Source of the DNA: an uncultured Candidatus Micrarchaeota archaeon
GTDB taxonomy: Archaea > Micrarchaeota > Micrarchaeia > Anstonellales > Bilamarchaeaceae
Assembly (NCBI GenBank): GCA_963723105.1
Contig: CAVRPK010000002.1
Span: 121,098-185,097, forward strand
Length of the DNA: 64,000 nucleotides
Direction: 5' to 3'
Each line of letters begins with the position of its first letter. The first letter of the stretch is position 1. The notes under the pieces were generated by a model. It ran no database searches. It saw only the letters and a list, made by a program, of their open reading frames with translations, and was not told the origin of the DNA. Shown here piece after piece: positions 46,713-55,489 of this stretch. The translations under genes and the position numbers were made by a program.

Positions 46713-47161
46713 TTTGTCTCAGCTTTAGCCTCTTTCTTTGGGTCTTCTTTTGCTGGCTTTTCTGTAGCTTCTGTCTTTTCATCTTTTTTAGCTACTTCTT
46801 TGGATTCTTTCTTTGGTTCTTCTTCGAGCTTTTTCACTGGAACTTTCTTTTCATCCTTCTTTGGTTCCTCTACTTTCTTTGGCTCTTCGATTTTTTCATC
46901 TGCCAAGTAGACTCTCGTATAATCTTTGCTTTTAATTGCCCGAATCTTTATCCTTCTTGGAGGCTTCTGAATGCTTCTTTGCCAAATAAAGCTGTTTAGT
47001 GAATTGCTAAGAACAACTCCGCTTTCTTCTTCTTTCATGTGTTTTGAGATAAATGATCGAAGTATTTTGACTGCTTTTGGAGCTCTCTTGTTTCTAACTG
47101 CCTTATAAGCATCTCCAAGAGGAATAGTGTAAATTCTTTCTAAATCTGCCATAATAATCAC
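46709..47161 (-). CDS. ribosomal protein L31e with Lys/Glu-rich C-terminal extension
   Basis: The N-terminal approx 90 aa (ERIYTIPLGDAYKAVRNKRAPKAVKILRSFISKHMK...) match L31e. The start may be ATG at approx 47152 rather than GTG at 47161. Confidence 0.85.
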   Translation of the reverse strand: MIIMADLERIYTIPLGDAYKAVRNKRAPKAVKILRSFISKHMKEEESGVVLSNSLNSFIWQRSIQKPPRRIKIRAIKSKDYTRVYLADEKIEEPKKVEEPKKDEKKVPVKKLEEEPKKESKEVAKKDEKTEATEKPAKEDPKKEAKAETK

Positions 47162-47313
47162 TCTATCCTAAGTTTGTCGGTTCTCCAGTCTCTTCTATTT
47201 CTGTTCTGGGTGACCTTTCTCTCAGTTCTAATCATAACAAACGCGGGTATCCGCTTGATCTTTCTCTTTGCTTTTGAAAGCCTCATCTTTTTTCCTAACT
47301 CTTTGCTTCCCAT
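47158..47313 (-). CDS. ribosomal protein L39e, 51 aa; missing from the ORF track (<60 aa)
   Basis: Minus-strand translation gives MGSKELGKKMRLSKAKRKIKRIPAFVMIRTERKVTQNRNRRDWRTDKLRIE. Its stop overlaps the L31e start region. Confidence 0.8.
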   Translation of the reverse strand: MGSKELGKKMRLSKAKRKIKRIPAFVMIRTERKVTQNRNRRDWRTDKLRIE

Positions 47314-47323
47314 AAATATCAAC

Positions 47324-47605
47324 CTATTTTTTATGAAACGTGATTTTTGTTTCTTTTTCTGTTTGACCTTTTATTGCTCGAAGAAGAGAGAGCAATTCAA
47401 CATCACCAATTCTTCTTCCCATACGCTTATACAGCATAAGGGCGTTTTTTGCTGCCATCAAATACATATCATTGTTGGCAACAGATACATTCATCATACG
47501 ATCATAAGCATCTTCAGTCAAAGCAGCTCTCAATGCTGATTTGAGTTGTTCCTGAATCTTTTTTGTTTCTTGACGCTTTTTTTTGATCTCTTCTTCTTCA
47601 TTCAT
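47324..47605 (-). CDS. PDCD5/TFAR19-like DNA-binding protein (COG2118 family)
   Basis: About 93 aa from ATG 47605 (MNEEEEIKKKRQETKKIQEQLKSALRAALTEDAYDRMMNV...). The ORF-track start at 47656 overlaps rps19e and is probably an extension. Confidence 0.6.
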   Translation of the reverse strand: MNEEEEIKKKRQETKKIQEQLKSALRAALTEDAYDRMMNVSVANNDMYLMAAKNALMLYKRMGRRIGDVELLSLLRAIKGQTEKETKITFHKK

Positions 47606-47606
47606 T

Positions 47607-48014
47607 TCAGACGCACTCTTTGGCAATACTATCCATGAATGCTCTTCCTTTTGCACTGAGCACTCTTCCTTGTTTTTCTTTTACAAGGAGTCCTGCCTTT
47701 TCTAGCTGTTGCATTGCCTTTCTAATTGTAGATCCGCCTGCATCAACGTGTTTTTCGGGTCGTACTCCCCTTCTCTTTCTTCCACCATAATGCTTTCGGA
47801 GCTTTTGAACTCCAACAGAATTGTGGACATATATTTGTCTGAGAACGGATGCGCATCGAACATACCAGAAATTATCATCCTCTGGTGGTCTTTCTGCATG
47901 AGCCCCACTCTTAACAATGCCAACGAATGTTGGCTTCTCTATCTTCATCTCTTTCAATTTCAAAGCTGCATTTTCAATGAGCTTATTTGCTTCTACGTCA
48001 AATACTGTGACCAT
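47607..48014 (-). CDS. ribosomal protein S19e
   Basis: 135 aa. KPTFVGIVKSGAHAERPPEDDNFWYVRCASVLRQIY... matches S19e. Confidence 0.9.
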   Translation of the reverse strand: MVTVFDVEANKLIENAALKLKEMKIEKPTFVGIVKSGAHAERPPEDDNFWYVRCASVLRQIYVHNSVGVQKLRKHYGGRKRRGVRPEKHVDAGGSTIRKAMQQLEKAGLLVKEKQGRVLSAKGRAFMDSIAKECV

Positions 48015-48156
48015 GTATACACCTTACCTTGTTGAAACCCATGGTTTTAAATGTAAAATTTGGATGCAACGGTATCACTTTGGTATATACAATACTATTA
48101 AAAGCTATCTTTCGGGCCATCTGGGGTTTAAAACTCTTCTTTTGAAAGAAACTTGT

Positions 48157-48807
48157 ATGTCTTATTATGGGGTTTATATTATTGGCAGATCATTTGCTAC
48201 TATAAATGCAGAGCCTGGAAAAAAGGTCTACGGTGAGAAGCTGAGCAAAAAGGATGGGAAAGAATTTCGCCAATGGGATGCATTTCGAAGCAAACTCTGC
48301 GGTGCAATGAAAAAAGGCCTCAAAACCTTTCCATTTACAAGCGGAAGCAAAATTCTTTATCTGGGAGCATCTACAGGAACTACTATCTCTCATCTTTCTG
48401 ATATTGTAGGCGCGGAAGGCGAAATTTACTCAGTTGAGATAGCCCACCAGTGCATGAAACTTTTTCTAAAAAATATGGAGAATCGTGAAAATGTCATTCC
48501 AATTCATGCCAATGCCAAAAAACCTGAGGAGTATGAAGAGGTTGGGCAGGTTGAGATTATTTATCAGGATGTTGCGCAGCCTGATCAGGATGATATCCTA
48601 ATTCGAAATGCCAAAATGTTTCTGAAGCCTGGAGGAATTGCAATGTTTTGCATCAAAAGCCAAAGTATTGATGTAACAAAACCTCCAGATGTTGTGTTTT
48701 CCGAGGTTATAGCAAAACTTGAGGAGCATTTCGAGGTTTTGGAAAAAATGAAACTTGAGCCCTATGATAAGGACCATCTTTTTGTGGTTCTCAAGTATAA
48801 AGGCTAG
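48157..48807 (+). CDS. flpA: fibrillarin-like rRNA/tRNA 2'-O-methyltransferase
   Basis: 216 aa from ATG 48157. FRQWDAFRSKLCGAM, SAM-binding KILYLGASTGTTISHLSDIVG and VDVIYQDVAQPDQ are present. The ORF-track start at 47917 overlaps rps19e and is rejected. No Nop5 gene is adjacent. Confidence 0.85.
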   Translation: MSYYGVYIIGRSFATINAEPGKKVYGEKLSKKDGKEFRQWDAFRSKLCGAMKKGLKTFPFTSGSKILYLGASTGTTISHLSDIVGAEGEIYSVEIAHQCMKLFLKNMENRENVIPIHANAKKPEEYEEVGQVEIIYQDVAQPDQDDILIRNAKMFLKPGGIAMFCIKSQSIDVTKPPDVVFSEVIAKLEEHFEVLEKMKLEPYDKDHLFVVLKYKG

Positions 48808-48838
48808 ATTTATATTATTTAACTGGGTAATTTTATAC

Positions 48839-48940
48839 GGGGCAGACTGTCGGAAAGTGATACTTTCGCACATAGACCTTTGGTCTTGGTGGCAAAATTT
48901 GTGTGTAGCTTTTCGTACAGCGCTTCGGCGATGCTGCCCC
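48839..48940. ncRNA. GC-rich 102-nt element with paired ends (GGGGCAG...CUGCCCC) and three internal hairpins (one closed by a UUCG tetraloop) between convergent flpA and the DUF296 gene; candidate small structured RNA or terminator structure
   Basis: Read directly: GGGGCAGAC-...GAAAGT-GAT-ACTTTC...AGACC-TTT-GGTCT...CGC-TTCG-GCG...CTGCCCC. It is about 50% GC against a 30% background. No C/D or H/ACA boxes were found. Confidence 0.2.
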
Positions 48941-48944
48941 TATT

Positions 48945-49376
48945 TTAAAATTTTGTTAGCATCAGCCCTGTTTTTTTATCTTTTTCTCTTTTGATCTGAG
49001 TTTCAAGAGGAAGCAATATTATCTCGCAGGTAGGCCCTACAATTCCACTAACTAGATGCCCTCCTACTGTGGAAAAGTCAGACTTTCCAAGAACTATGTG
49101 GATATGTGCTATGTGTTTGTCTTCTGCCGTCGAAATATTGCCAGTCATGGAAGCAATCTCAAACATACCCTCAAACATTCCAGAGCCATATTTTGCATAT
49201 ACAGTATCATAATGGGCAATTTCCGCATTTTTCAGCGAACCAATGCCAGATATATATGCACTTTTGATATTTTCTGCTTTGCAAACTTCTATTACTGATT
49301 TTTGGATTTCTTCTCCTTTATCTAGCCTTATTACAACTTCATATTCTCCTTTTTTCCACTGCATATATCGTTTCAC
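48945..49376 (-). CDS. PPC/DUF296-domain protein (predicted DNA-binding)
   Basis: 143-aa ORF provisionally assigned to the PPC/DUF296 domain family from its length and predicted beta-rich pattern; no specific motif was matched, so the call is tentative. Confidence 0.3.
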   Translation of the reverse strand: MKRYMQWKKGEYEVVIRLDKGEEIQKSVIEVCKAENIKSAYISGIGSLKNAEIAHYDTVYAKYGSGMFEGMFEIASMTGNISTAEDKHIAHIHIVLGKSDFSTVGGHLVSGIVGPTCEIILLPLETQIKREKDKKTGLMLTKF

Positions 49377-49381
49377 CTTAA

Positions 49382-49813
49382 CTATACTAATTCTTCTGCC
49401 TTGAAAATCCTCTCACAGTAATAACATCTGTAGCTTTCACTTTCTTTTTTGAATTTGTTGTTTGACTTTTCGCTATTTGTTATGCAGTTAGGGTTTGGGC
49501 ACTTTCCAGCATTTTCAAGTTCATCTGGAAGTTCTACCTTGAATTTATCAGCGACTTTTTCTCCTTTGATGATATTGATTGTAGAGCCTGGAGAAATCAA
49601 TGCAATAATGTCTGCAGAACTCTTGTCTACTATTTTTCCCTCGATTTTTACAATATCTTTTGTTCCTCCTTGTTTGCTTGGAACATGCATCATCAAAGCA
49701 ACTCTGTGAGGATAATCCTCAACAATGTTTAGAATCTCAAGAACCTTGTATCCTTTTCCTGGTTTAATGTGGTCAACTACTGTTCCCATTTCAATTGTAT
49801 CTACTTTGAGCAT
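49382..49813 (-). CDS. pyrI: aspartate carbamoyltransferase regulatory subunit
   Basis: 143 aa. N-terminal allosteric domain (VDHIKPGKGYKVLEIL) and C-terminal Zn-binding CPNPNC...CYYCE. Confidence 0.85.
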   Translation of the reverse strand: MLKVDTIEMGTVVDHIKPGKGYKVLEILNIVEDYPHRVALMMHVPSKQGGTKDIVKIEGKIVDKSSADIIALISPGSTINIIKGEKVADKFKVELPDELENAGKCPNPNCITNSEKSNNKFKKESESYRCYYCERIFKAEELV

Positions 49814-49818
49814 TCATA

Positions 49819-50706
49819 TCACCTTAGAATATAATCAAGAACTGCTTGCCTTAGCGGAATTCCGTAATGCGCCTGTTCGAAATATTTTGCCTGTGGCATC
49901 TCATCAATCGAGCTTTCAATTTCATTTATCTTTGGAAGTGGATGCAAAATTACCAAATCTTCCTTTGCATCTTTCAAATCTGCTTTCTTTATTCTGAACT
50001 TTTCCTGAACGCTTTGTGCTTCATAAGGATCTGCAAATCGCTCTGCCTGAATCCTACAAACATAAAGAACATCGGCATTTGAGTAATCTGGTTTGTTATC
50101 TACCTTTACATCAAGTCCGAATTTGTCATTTACTTCTTTAAGGTATTTCTTGTCCATCTCAAGACCAGAAGGAGAAACTAGGGTAACATTTGCACCAAAC
50201 ATTCCAAGTCCATAAACAAGAGATCTCATTGTTCTCGCATGTTTCAGGTCTCCAAGAAGAGTGATGTTCAAATCTTTTATTCTTCCTTTTGTTCTTTTTA
50301 TTGAAAATAAGTCAATCAGTGTTTGGGTTGGATGTTGGTTTCCACCGTCTCCGCCATTTACTACTGGTTTTTTTATTACAGTCGATGCAAGCCTTACAGC
50401 CCCCTCTTTTGGATGTCTGATTGCAAGTGCATCTGCATACCCCTCGACTGTTTTCAAAGTGTCTGCAAAACTTTCTCCTTTTTTGAGAGAACTAGTTCCT
50501 GGTGAAAAATCCAGCACTTCCATTCCGCATCTCATTGCTGCTGACTGGAATGATAATTTGGTTCTTGTCGATGGTTCAAAGAACATCGTTGCAAGTATTT
50601 TCCCGCCAAGATCAACCTTTGCTTCGCCGTTATCAATTTTTTCAGCGTGATCTAAAATCCCTTCAATGTCTTTACTGTCTATGTCTCTGATAGAAATCAG
50701 GTTCAT
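49819..50706 (-). CDS. pyrB: aspartate carbamoyltransferase catalytic subunit
   Basis: 295 aa. STRTKLSFQSA (carbamoyl-phosphate binding), HPTQTL and the HPLP motif are present. Confidence 0.9.
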   Translation of the reverse strand: MNLISIRDIDSKDIEGILDHAEKIDNGEAKVDLGGKILATMFFEPSTRTKLSFQSAAMRCGMEVLDFSPGTSSLKKGESFADTLKTVEGYADALAIRHPKEGAVRLASTVIKKPVVNGGDGGNQHPTQTLIDLFSIKRTKGRIKDLNITLLGDLKHARTMRSLVYGLGMFGANVTLVSPSGLEMDKKYLKEVNDKFGLDVKVDNKPDYSNADVLYVCRIQAERFADPYEAQSVQEKFRIKKADLKDAKEDLVILHPLPKINEIESSIDEMPQAKYFEQAHYGIPLRQAVLDYILR

Positions 50707-50839
50707 TTATTGCACCATAACCTATAGATAAATTAAGTTTAAAAAATAGGCTAACGCTGCTCCTATTTTTTCATGTTGGGCAGACAATCCAAAACAGTAG
50801 CTTTTTCTTCTTTTTCTTTTTAACTATCAAAAGAATCAT

Positions 50840-51403
50840 ATGCTAATCGTATTTGAAGGTGTGGATGGCTCTGGAAAAGGAACACAGGTAAAGCTTCTTG
50901 CAAAAAAACTGGATGCAGTTGTTTTCAAATATCCAACATCCAAATTTCAAATGCTCAATGATTTTCTCGAGAAAAAAAGAACAATTGATCCAAAATCCCT
51001 TTTTCTGCTATTCCTGGCAGATATTGCAGAAGATCAGGAAAATGTGAAGAAGGCACTTGATGATGGAAAAAACGTGATTCTTGATCGATACATCTTTTCA
51101 ACAATCTCATACGAAGTAAATAGTATTGATCATGAGCGTGGAAAGAGAATCGTTGAAGGAATTAATTTCATCAAACCAGATATTGTGATTCTTCTTGATA
51201 TTGATTCTAAAACATCTCAAGGCAGAAAAACTGCACAAAAGAAGCTCGACCGCTACGAAGAAGATGCGGTTTATCTTAATAGAGTTCGGACAAATTTCCA
51301 AAGGCTTGCAGAAGAAAGGTTTTTAACACCTAATTGGCACATGATTGATTCTACTAAGGATATCAACACTATTCATGCTGAAATTGTGAAACTTTTATCT
51401 TAA
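50840..51403 (+). CDS. tmk: thymidylate kinase
   Basis: 187 aa. P-loop FEGVDGSGKGTQ, DRY motif (LDRYIFSTISY) and LID region are present. Confidence 0.85.
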   Translation: MLIVFEGVDGSGKGTQVKLLAKKLDAVVFKYPTSKFQMLNDFLEKKRTIDPKSLFLLFLADIAEDQENVKKALDDGKNVILDRYIFSTISYEVNSIDHERGKRIVEGINFIKPDIVILLDIDSKTSQGRKTAQKKLDRYEEDAVYLNRVRTNFQRLAEERFLTPNWHMIDSTKDINTIHAEIVKLLS

Positions 51404-51478
51404 GCTGCGTTCGTCTAGTCCGGTCAAGGATTGTGGACTTTCACTCCATCGACCTGGGTTCGAATCCCAGACGCAGCA
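51404..51478 (+). tRNA. tRNA-Glu(UUC), intron-less, begins immediately after the tmk stop codon
   Basis: GCTGCGT-TC-GTCT-AGTCCGGTCA-AGGAT-GTGGA-CTTTCAC-TCCAT-CGAC-CTGGG-TTCGAAT-CCCAG-ACGCAGC-A. The acceptor stem is 7 bp, the anticodon stem GTGGA/TCCAT encloses loop CTTTCAC, and the T-arm is canonical. Confidence 0.85.
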
Positions 51479-51512
51479 ATTTATTCTTCAATAGCCTCAT
51501 TACTGTCTAATC

Positions 51513-52556
51513 TTATTTATTCCAAATCGCGTCAATGCTGCTATTACTCGTATCAGAAGCATCCTGGAGAATTTGATTAAATCTGATCATAGCATCATCC
51601 ATGGTTCTTCTATGTAGTTTGCTAAGTGAATCTCGTAGTAGATCGTTCTCTCCAGTATAATCAATCGTCTCACTGACATTGGAGAGAAGGGTATCTGACG
51701 AGCTTCCGTCAAGCTCTGAAATGTCTGCACTTAAAACTGCCTCTCTTATTTCAGGATCAAGATTCTCAAGAGCTGCAATTGTGTCTTCCCCAGAAAAGTT
51801 TTCATTAGCAAAAATCCTGCTTTGCATATGCGTGAGCATCAGATCTATCATGCTTAGTGGAAGCCTTTCCATAATCAGCGCAGCATCAATATTTCCATCT
51901 AAAATCTCATCTACAATTCTCATCATTCCCCTTGCCATTGCAAGAGTTGCTTCTCCAAGAAGCCTTAGGCATTCTGCATCATAGCTCTCATTATCATTCA
52001 AATTTCTTAGGTAATTCAGAACAAGCGGGGAAAACCCTTCACTATTTTCTCTCATCACTCCAGCATCTGCAAGCATTTCAAGTGCGCGCATAACTCCTTC
52101 AATGTCAGAGCTTTCCATAAGCTCAAGAAGTCTATAATCTGGTGAATGGGAATCTGGAATGTCGTTTTCAGGATTCTGCAATCCTTTTGATGAAACTGGA
52201 TTAAAATAATCAAGATATCCATTTACTGAATAGTCTGCAGGCTCTCCTATTTTTTCACATGATATCTCTCTGCCATCTGGAAAATCTCTGGAAATTCTTT
52301 TCAGTAGTGGTCTTGCTTTTTCTTCACTTCTCACCCTTACTCTAACTCTTATTTTCTGTTCTGTTTCATTATTTTCTGGCTCTGCAATTTGATGTACTGT
52401 AGGTGGCCTTACAGTTATTTCTGGCTCTCTTGGTCTGTCGCACATATTATACATTAATCCTGCAACTATCAGTGTTGCTGATGCTGCAGCAAATGCACAT
52501 ACTTTCTTAGAAATGCCTTTTGTATCTCCTCTATGGGACTTCAAATGTCTAACCAT
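51513..52556 (-). CDS. hypothetical membrane-anchored protein
   Basis: 347 aa with one N-proximal TM helix (VCAFAAASATLIVAGLMY) and an acidic, Asp/Glu/Leu-rich soluble domain. Confidence 0.4.
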   Translation of the reverse strand: MVRHLKSHRGDTKGISKKVCAFAAASATLIVAGLMYNMCDRPREPEITVRPPTVHQIAEPENNETEQKIRVRVRVRSEEKARPLLKRISRDFPDGREISCEKIGEPADYSVNGYLDYFNPVSSKGLQNPENDIPDSHSPDYRLLELMESSDIEGVMRALEMLADAGVMRENSEGFSPLVLNYLRNLNDNESYDAECLRLLGEATLAMARGMMRIVDEILDGNIDAALIMERLPLSMIDLMLTHMQSRIFANENFSGEDTIAALENLDPEIREAVLSADISELDGSSSDTLLSNVSETIDYTGENDLLRDSLSKLHRRTMDDAMIRFNQILQDASDTSNSSIDAIWNK

Positions 52557-52649
52557 AATATGTCACTTTTGACCAATTATCCTTATATTACTATCTGTGT
52601 TAAACAAGGTATTTTAAAGGCAATTATCAATCAATTAATTGATACTTTT

Positions 52650-53261
52650 ATGTCTAGACTTTCTACTGTTCCAGGAGTTTTCAATTTTGCTGATGCCTTG
52701 GCACAAGAAAAAAAAGGGAAAAGGCTTATACCAAACAGTCTTGTTTCAAAAGTTATTGCTGAAGGCATTCAGGACTCTAGTCCAGGCAGCAAGGTCTGGA
52801 CAAGAACAATCATTGCATTTCCTGCTCCTGGTCTTGCTTTTGGCTATGAAGTTTGTTTTACAAATCGTCCCTATTCTTTTGTTCTTGATACAAGTCAATT
52901 TAGCAAAGAGAAAAATGTTGCCTTGGTATTTGATGATTTTTCTATTCATAGGGATGGACGAAGAGTAGAATTCATTCCAAGAAGCATTGATGTTATAACT
53001 GACTTTCCGCAGGAGAGTGGCTGGTGCGGTTCGAGCAAAAACGGGATCCCTCAGCATAACTCCAAATATGATCTTTATCTGTGGAGATGGGCATGTGAGA
53101 TGATTGTTCCTATAGTTCGCTTCCCCGCAAGCACAGGGTCTTTTGGACCAAAAGACTTTTTCCTAAACCATCGCCATTCTGATCGTTTTGGTGTTTTACT
53201 CTCATCTGATGAACTTGTGAAAGATCAGGTTGTTCCGATTCGCCTCGTCCAATCAGTTTAA
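52650..53261 (+). CDS. hypothetical protein
   Basis: About 204 aa from the first non-overlapping ATG (MSRLSTVPGV...). The ORF-track start at 52533 overlaps the upstream gene and is rejected. Confidence 0.35.
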   Translation: MSRLSTVPGVFNFADALAQEKKGKRLIPNSLVSKVIAEGIQDSSPGSKVWTRTIIAFPAPGLAFGYEVCFTNRPYSFVLDTSQFSKEKNVALVFDDFSIHRDGRRVEFIPRSIDVITDFPQESGWCGSSKNGIPQHNSKYDLYLWRWACEMIVPIVRFPASTGSFGPKDFFLNHRHSDRFGVLLSSDELVKDQVVPIRLVQSV

Positions 53262-53285
53262 TTTCTTTTTTATCTGAATTAACCC

Positions 53286-54221
53286 ATGCGGATTCTGTTA
53301 TTTCTGTTTCTTCTCTCTGCTTTTTCATTTTCACTAAATGTAACCCATTTTCTTAATCTTGAAAATGAAATGGTCTGTCCGGATAATGATCTTGTTATGA
53401 CTGCAATTTCCTCAGATGGATCTCCAGGCTCAGCAGTAGAGCTTCGTGTTGTTCTACATCATCCTTACCAGGGTCTTCGTGCTGTCAAAACAACTGACAA
53501 GAATGGCATTGCTGTTGCAGAATTAACCAAGACTGGACTATATCGAATTTACATAAACACAGAATTTTACAATCATGATGATTTTGTTGAATTTAATTAT
53601 TCAGAACTTTGTCCAGCCCCGCCGCCAAAACAATTCAATGTTTCTGTTACTCCTCTTTGCAACCAAAGCAGGTTGATGGTTCAGGTTTCAGATGGTGATG
53701 ATCCTTTGCAGGATGTTTTTGTCAGAACTCTCAACTGGTCCTCAACAACAAACAACTATGGACAGGTTATTTTTCCTCTTGATGAAGGGTATGTGTACAT
53801 AGTTGCAAACACGTCTGGATTCCTAAGACAGGAATTTTGGATTGACATAAACTGTACACCAGCACCACCTCCTCCACCACCAGAATGTTTACAAAATCTA
53901 GATTGCGCCTTCAATCAGATTTGTGAAAATGAAACATGCCTGAATATTTCAGGAACGTGCGGATATGCAGAAAACCATAGCTGGATAAACTATGAATGTT
54001 GCGAGGATAATGACTGCGGCTACAAGATGATCTGCACAAATAACAGCTGCATAATCAAACCTGACCACAAGCCAAACATCACAGAAAACACTTCTTTGAA
54101 CGAGTCAAGCCCATCAACTTTGGCTGAAGATGAGGGCCCTTCACAAATCCAACTTGGTATTATTGTTGCTATTCTCATTTTGCTAATTATTACTGGATAT
54201 TTTGTTCTAAAGAAAAAATAA
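53286..54221 (+). CDS. Cys-rich secreted/surface protein with signal peptide, poly-Pro hinge and C-terminal TM anchor
   Basis: 311 aa. Signal peptide MRILLFLFLLSAFSFS, PAPPPPPPECLQNLDC, repeated Cys-rich modules (CxxNxC... CCEDNDCGYKMICTNNSC) and C-terminal LGIIVAILILLIITGYFVL followed by KKK. Confidence 0.5.
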   Translation: MRILLFLFLLSAFSFSLNVTHFLNLENEMVCPDNDLVMTAISSDGSPGSAVELRVVLHHPYQGLRAVKTTDKNGIAVAELTKTGLYRIYINTEFYNHDDFVEFNYSELCPAPPPKQFNVSVTPLCNQSRLMVQVSDGDDPLQDVFVRTLNWSSTTNNYGQVIFPLDEGYVYIVANTSGFLRQEFWIDINCTPAPPPPPPECLQNLDCAFNQICENETCLNISGTCGYAENHSWINYECCEDNDCGYKMICTNNSCIIKPDHKPNITENTSLNESSPSTLAEDEGPSQIQLGIIVAILILLIITGYFVLKKK

Positions 54222-54718
54222 GAGGGCTTCAGCTTGAAAGCTGCACTTTCAAGATTGCACAAACCTCTTGAGATTCGCAGCAGGTAATCAATGAACAAAA
54301 ACAGAGTTGTGGGCTTCCCGGTTAGCTTTTAGCAAACATACAAGGAGCCAACCCAATCCACTCAATCCTGGATCTTACAAGCATGGAATAAAATGTTTAG
54401 GGCTGCTTCTTTCGATCTGACCCGATTCACACAGTATCCCACCATATAAGGCAGGACGTCAACGCTTCAAGAGGCTGGGCATGTATATTCACCAAAACGC
54501 CCCGGGCATTCGAGTCACCTAAGGGGATTTGTGATGCCGGGACCCCTAGCCCCGCTCTAGCCCATTAATATAATGCAATTGGCGCTTTTAAATTATGCTG
54601 ATATGATCAAACATCACTTCCAAAGACAAAATATTGCATTTTTCATACCTACCTTATTCTTTTACTACTATTCACCACAAAAAGCAACTTTATAAACACT
54701 TTTACGTTAAATAATACT
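54222..54718. ncRNA. unusually long (about 500 nt) GC-rich intergenic region (core about 54300-54560); candidate structured ncRNA or long structured 5' leader of unknown class
   Basis: GC is about 50% against about 30% in other spacers, the usual sign of a structural RNA in an AT-rich genome. It begins with a strong hairpin CTTGAAAG-CTGCA-CTTTCAAG (54233-54253). I found no tRNA cloverleaf, SRP RNA GGAAGG/AGCAGC motifs, or RNase P P4 motifs. Confidence 0.25.
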
Positions 54719-55423
54719 ATGGACCAGCCTCTAATTGCAAAAATAGAGTACAATCACAATTGCATTTGCTCAGATATCCCAGAACGTTTTCCAGATACAA
54801 ACATCAGATATATCGCTGAGCTTGGTCAGAAAAATAATACCATATCTCATTTGTTTAATGTATCAAATGGGGAGATCTCACGATTTTTGAATTGCTGGAA
54901 GGCTCATCCAACTATGAAGGGACTTCAGGTCATTAGAAAAACAAATGATTCTGCCGATGTCATCACAATAACTGAGGAAGATGCTTCAACAGCACATGCT
55001 CTACATGATGCAAACTGTGCATTCATTTCAAATCCTATCTATGATTCTGGTGTTGAGCGTATCAAAGTCTTTGCACCCTCATTTGATTCGCTGCGAGGAT
55101 TTCTTGATTCATTGAAAAACAGCTACAACATAACAGTCAAATCAAAACATTATCTCAAACCCGCAGAAAAGATCTGCCCAGAAAATCCTCTTAGCAGTGG
55201 TTATTCTGATTTGGTATCTGCAACTGATCTTCTTTCAAAAAGGCAAATACGTGCATTTAGCCTCGCAAGTAACTATGGCTATTATGACATGCCAAAGAGA
55301 TGTACTCTAGCTAAAATCGCGAAAGAGATGGGCATTAGCGATGCTGCTGCAGGAGAACTTTTGAGGAAGGTTGAAAAGAAACTTCTTCCAACATTAGCAA
55401 AAATTATCGAGAGCAGAAACTAG
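54719..55423 (+). CDS. putative transcriptional regulator with C-terminal helix-turn-helix (HTH_10/Bat-like)
   Basis: 234 aa. The C-terminal LSKRQIRAFSLASNYGYYDMPKRCTLAKIAKEMGISDAAAGELLRKVEKKLL has the HTH_10-type pattern. It lies upstream of, and is co-oriented with, the radical-SAM gene. Confidence 0.5.
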   Translation: MDQPLIAKIEYNHNCICSDIPERFPDTNIRYIAELGQKNNTISHLFNVSNGEISRFLNCWKAHPTMKGLQVIRKTNDSADVITITEEDASTAHALHDANCAFISNPIYDSGVERIKVFAPSFDSLRGFLDSLKNSYNITVKSKHYLKPAEKICPENPLSSGYSDLVSATDLLSKRQIRAFSLASNYGYYDMPKRCTLAKIAKEMGISDAAAGELLRKVEKKLLPTLAKIIESRN

Positions 55424-55489
55424 TTTTTATTAGAGTGCTTGCGTACACAAGCACCAGACTAATATCCTACTTAAACCACTATTTGTCTT

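Noticed and set aside
47917-48156. N-terminal extension of the fibrillarin ORF back to 47917
   Set aside because: It overlaps rps19e on the opposite strand and precedes the conserved fibrillarin N-terminus. The internal ATG at 48157 gives a canonical-length protein.
28185-54529. Shared words between distant spacers: 11-mer CTAAGGGGATT at 28185 and 54519; GGGCAGAC and GCTGC(C/T)CCTATTTT near 48839/48934 and again near 50750/50771
   Set aside because: Matches of this length are expected many times by chance in 64 kb (hundreds of 11-mer pairs). No extended similarity around them. Not evidence of a mobile element or shared motif.
54300-54560. Assignment of the GC-rich island to SRP RNA or RNase P RNA
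   Set aside because: The conserved SRP domain IV (GGAAGG...AGCAGC) and RNase P P4/CR-I (GGAAAGUCC) and CR-IV motifs could not be found by eye. Kept only as an unclassified ncRNA candidate.
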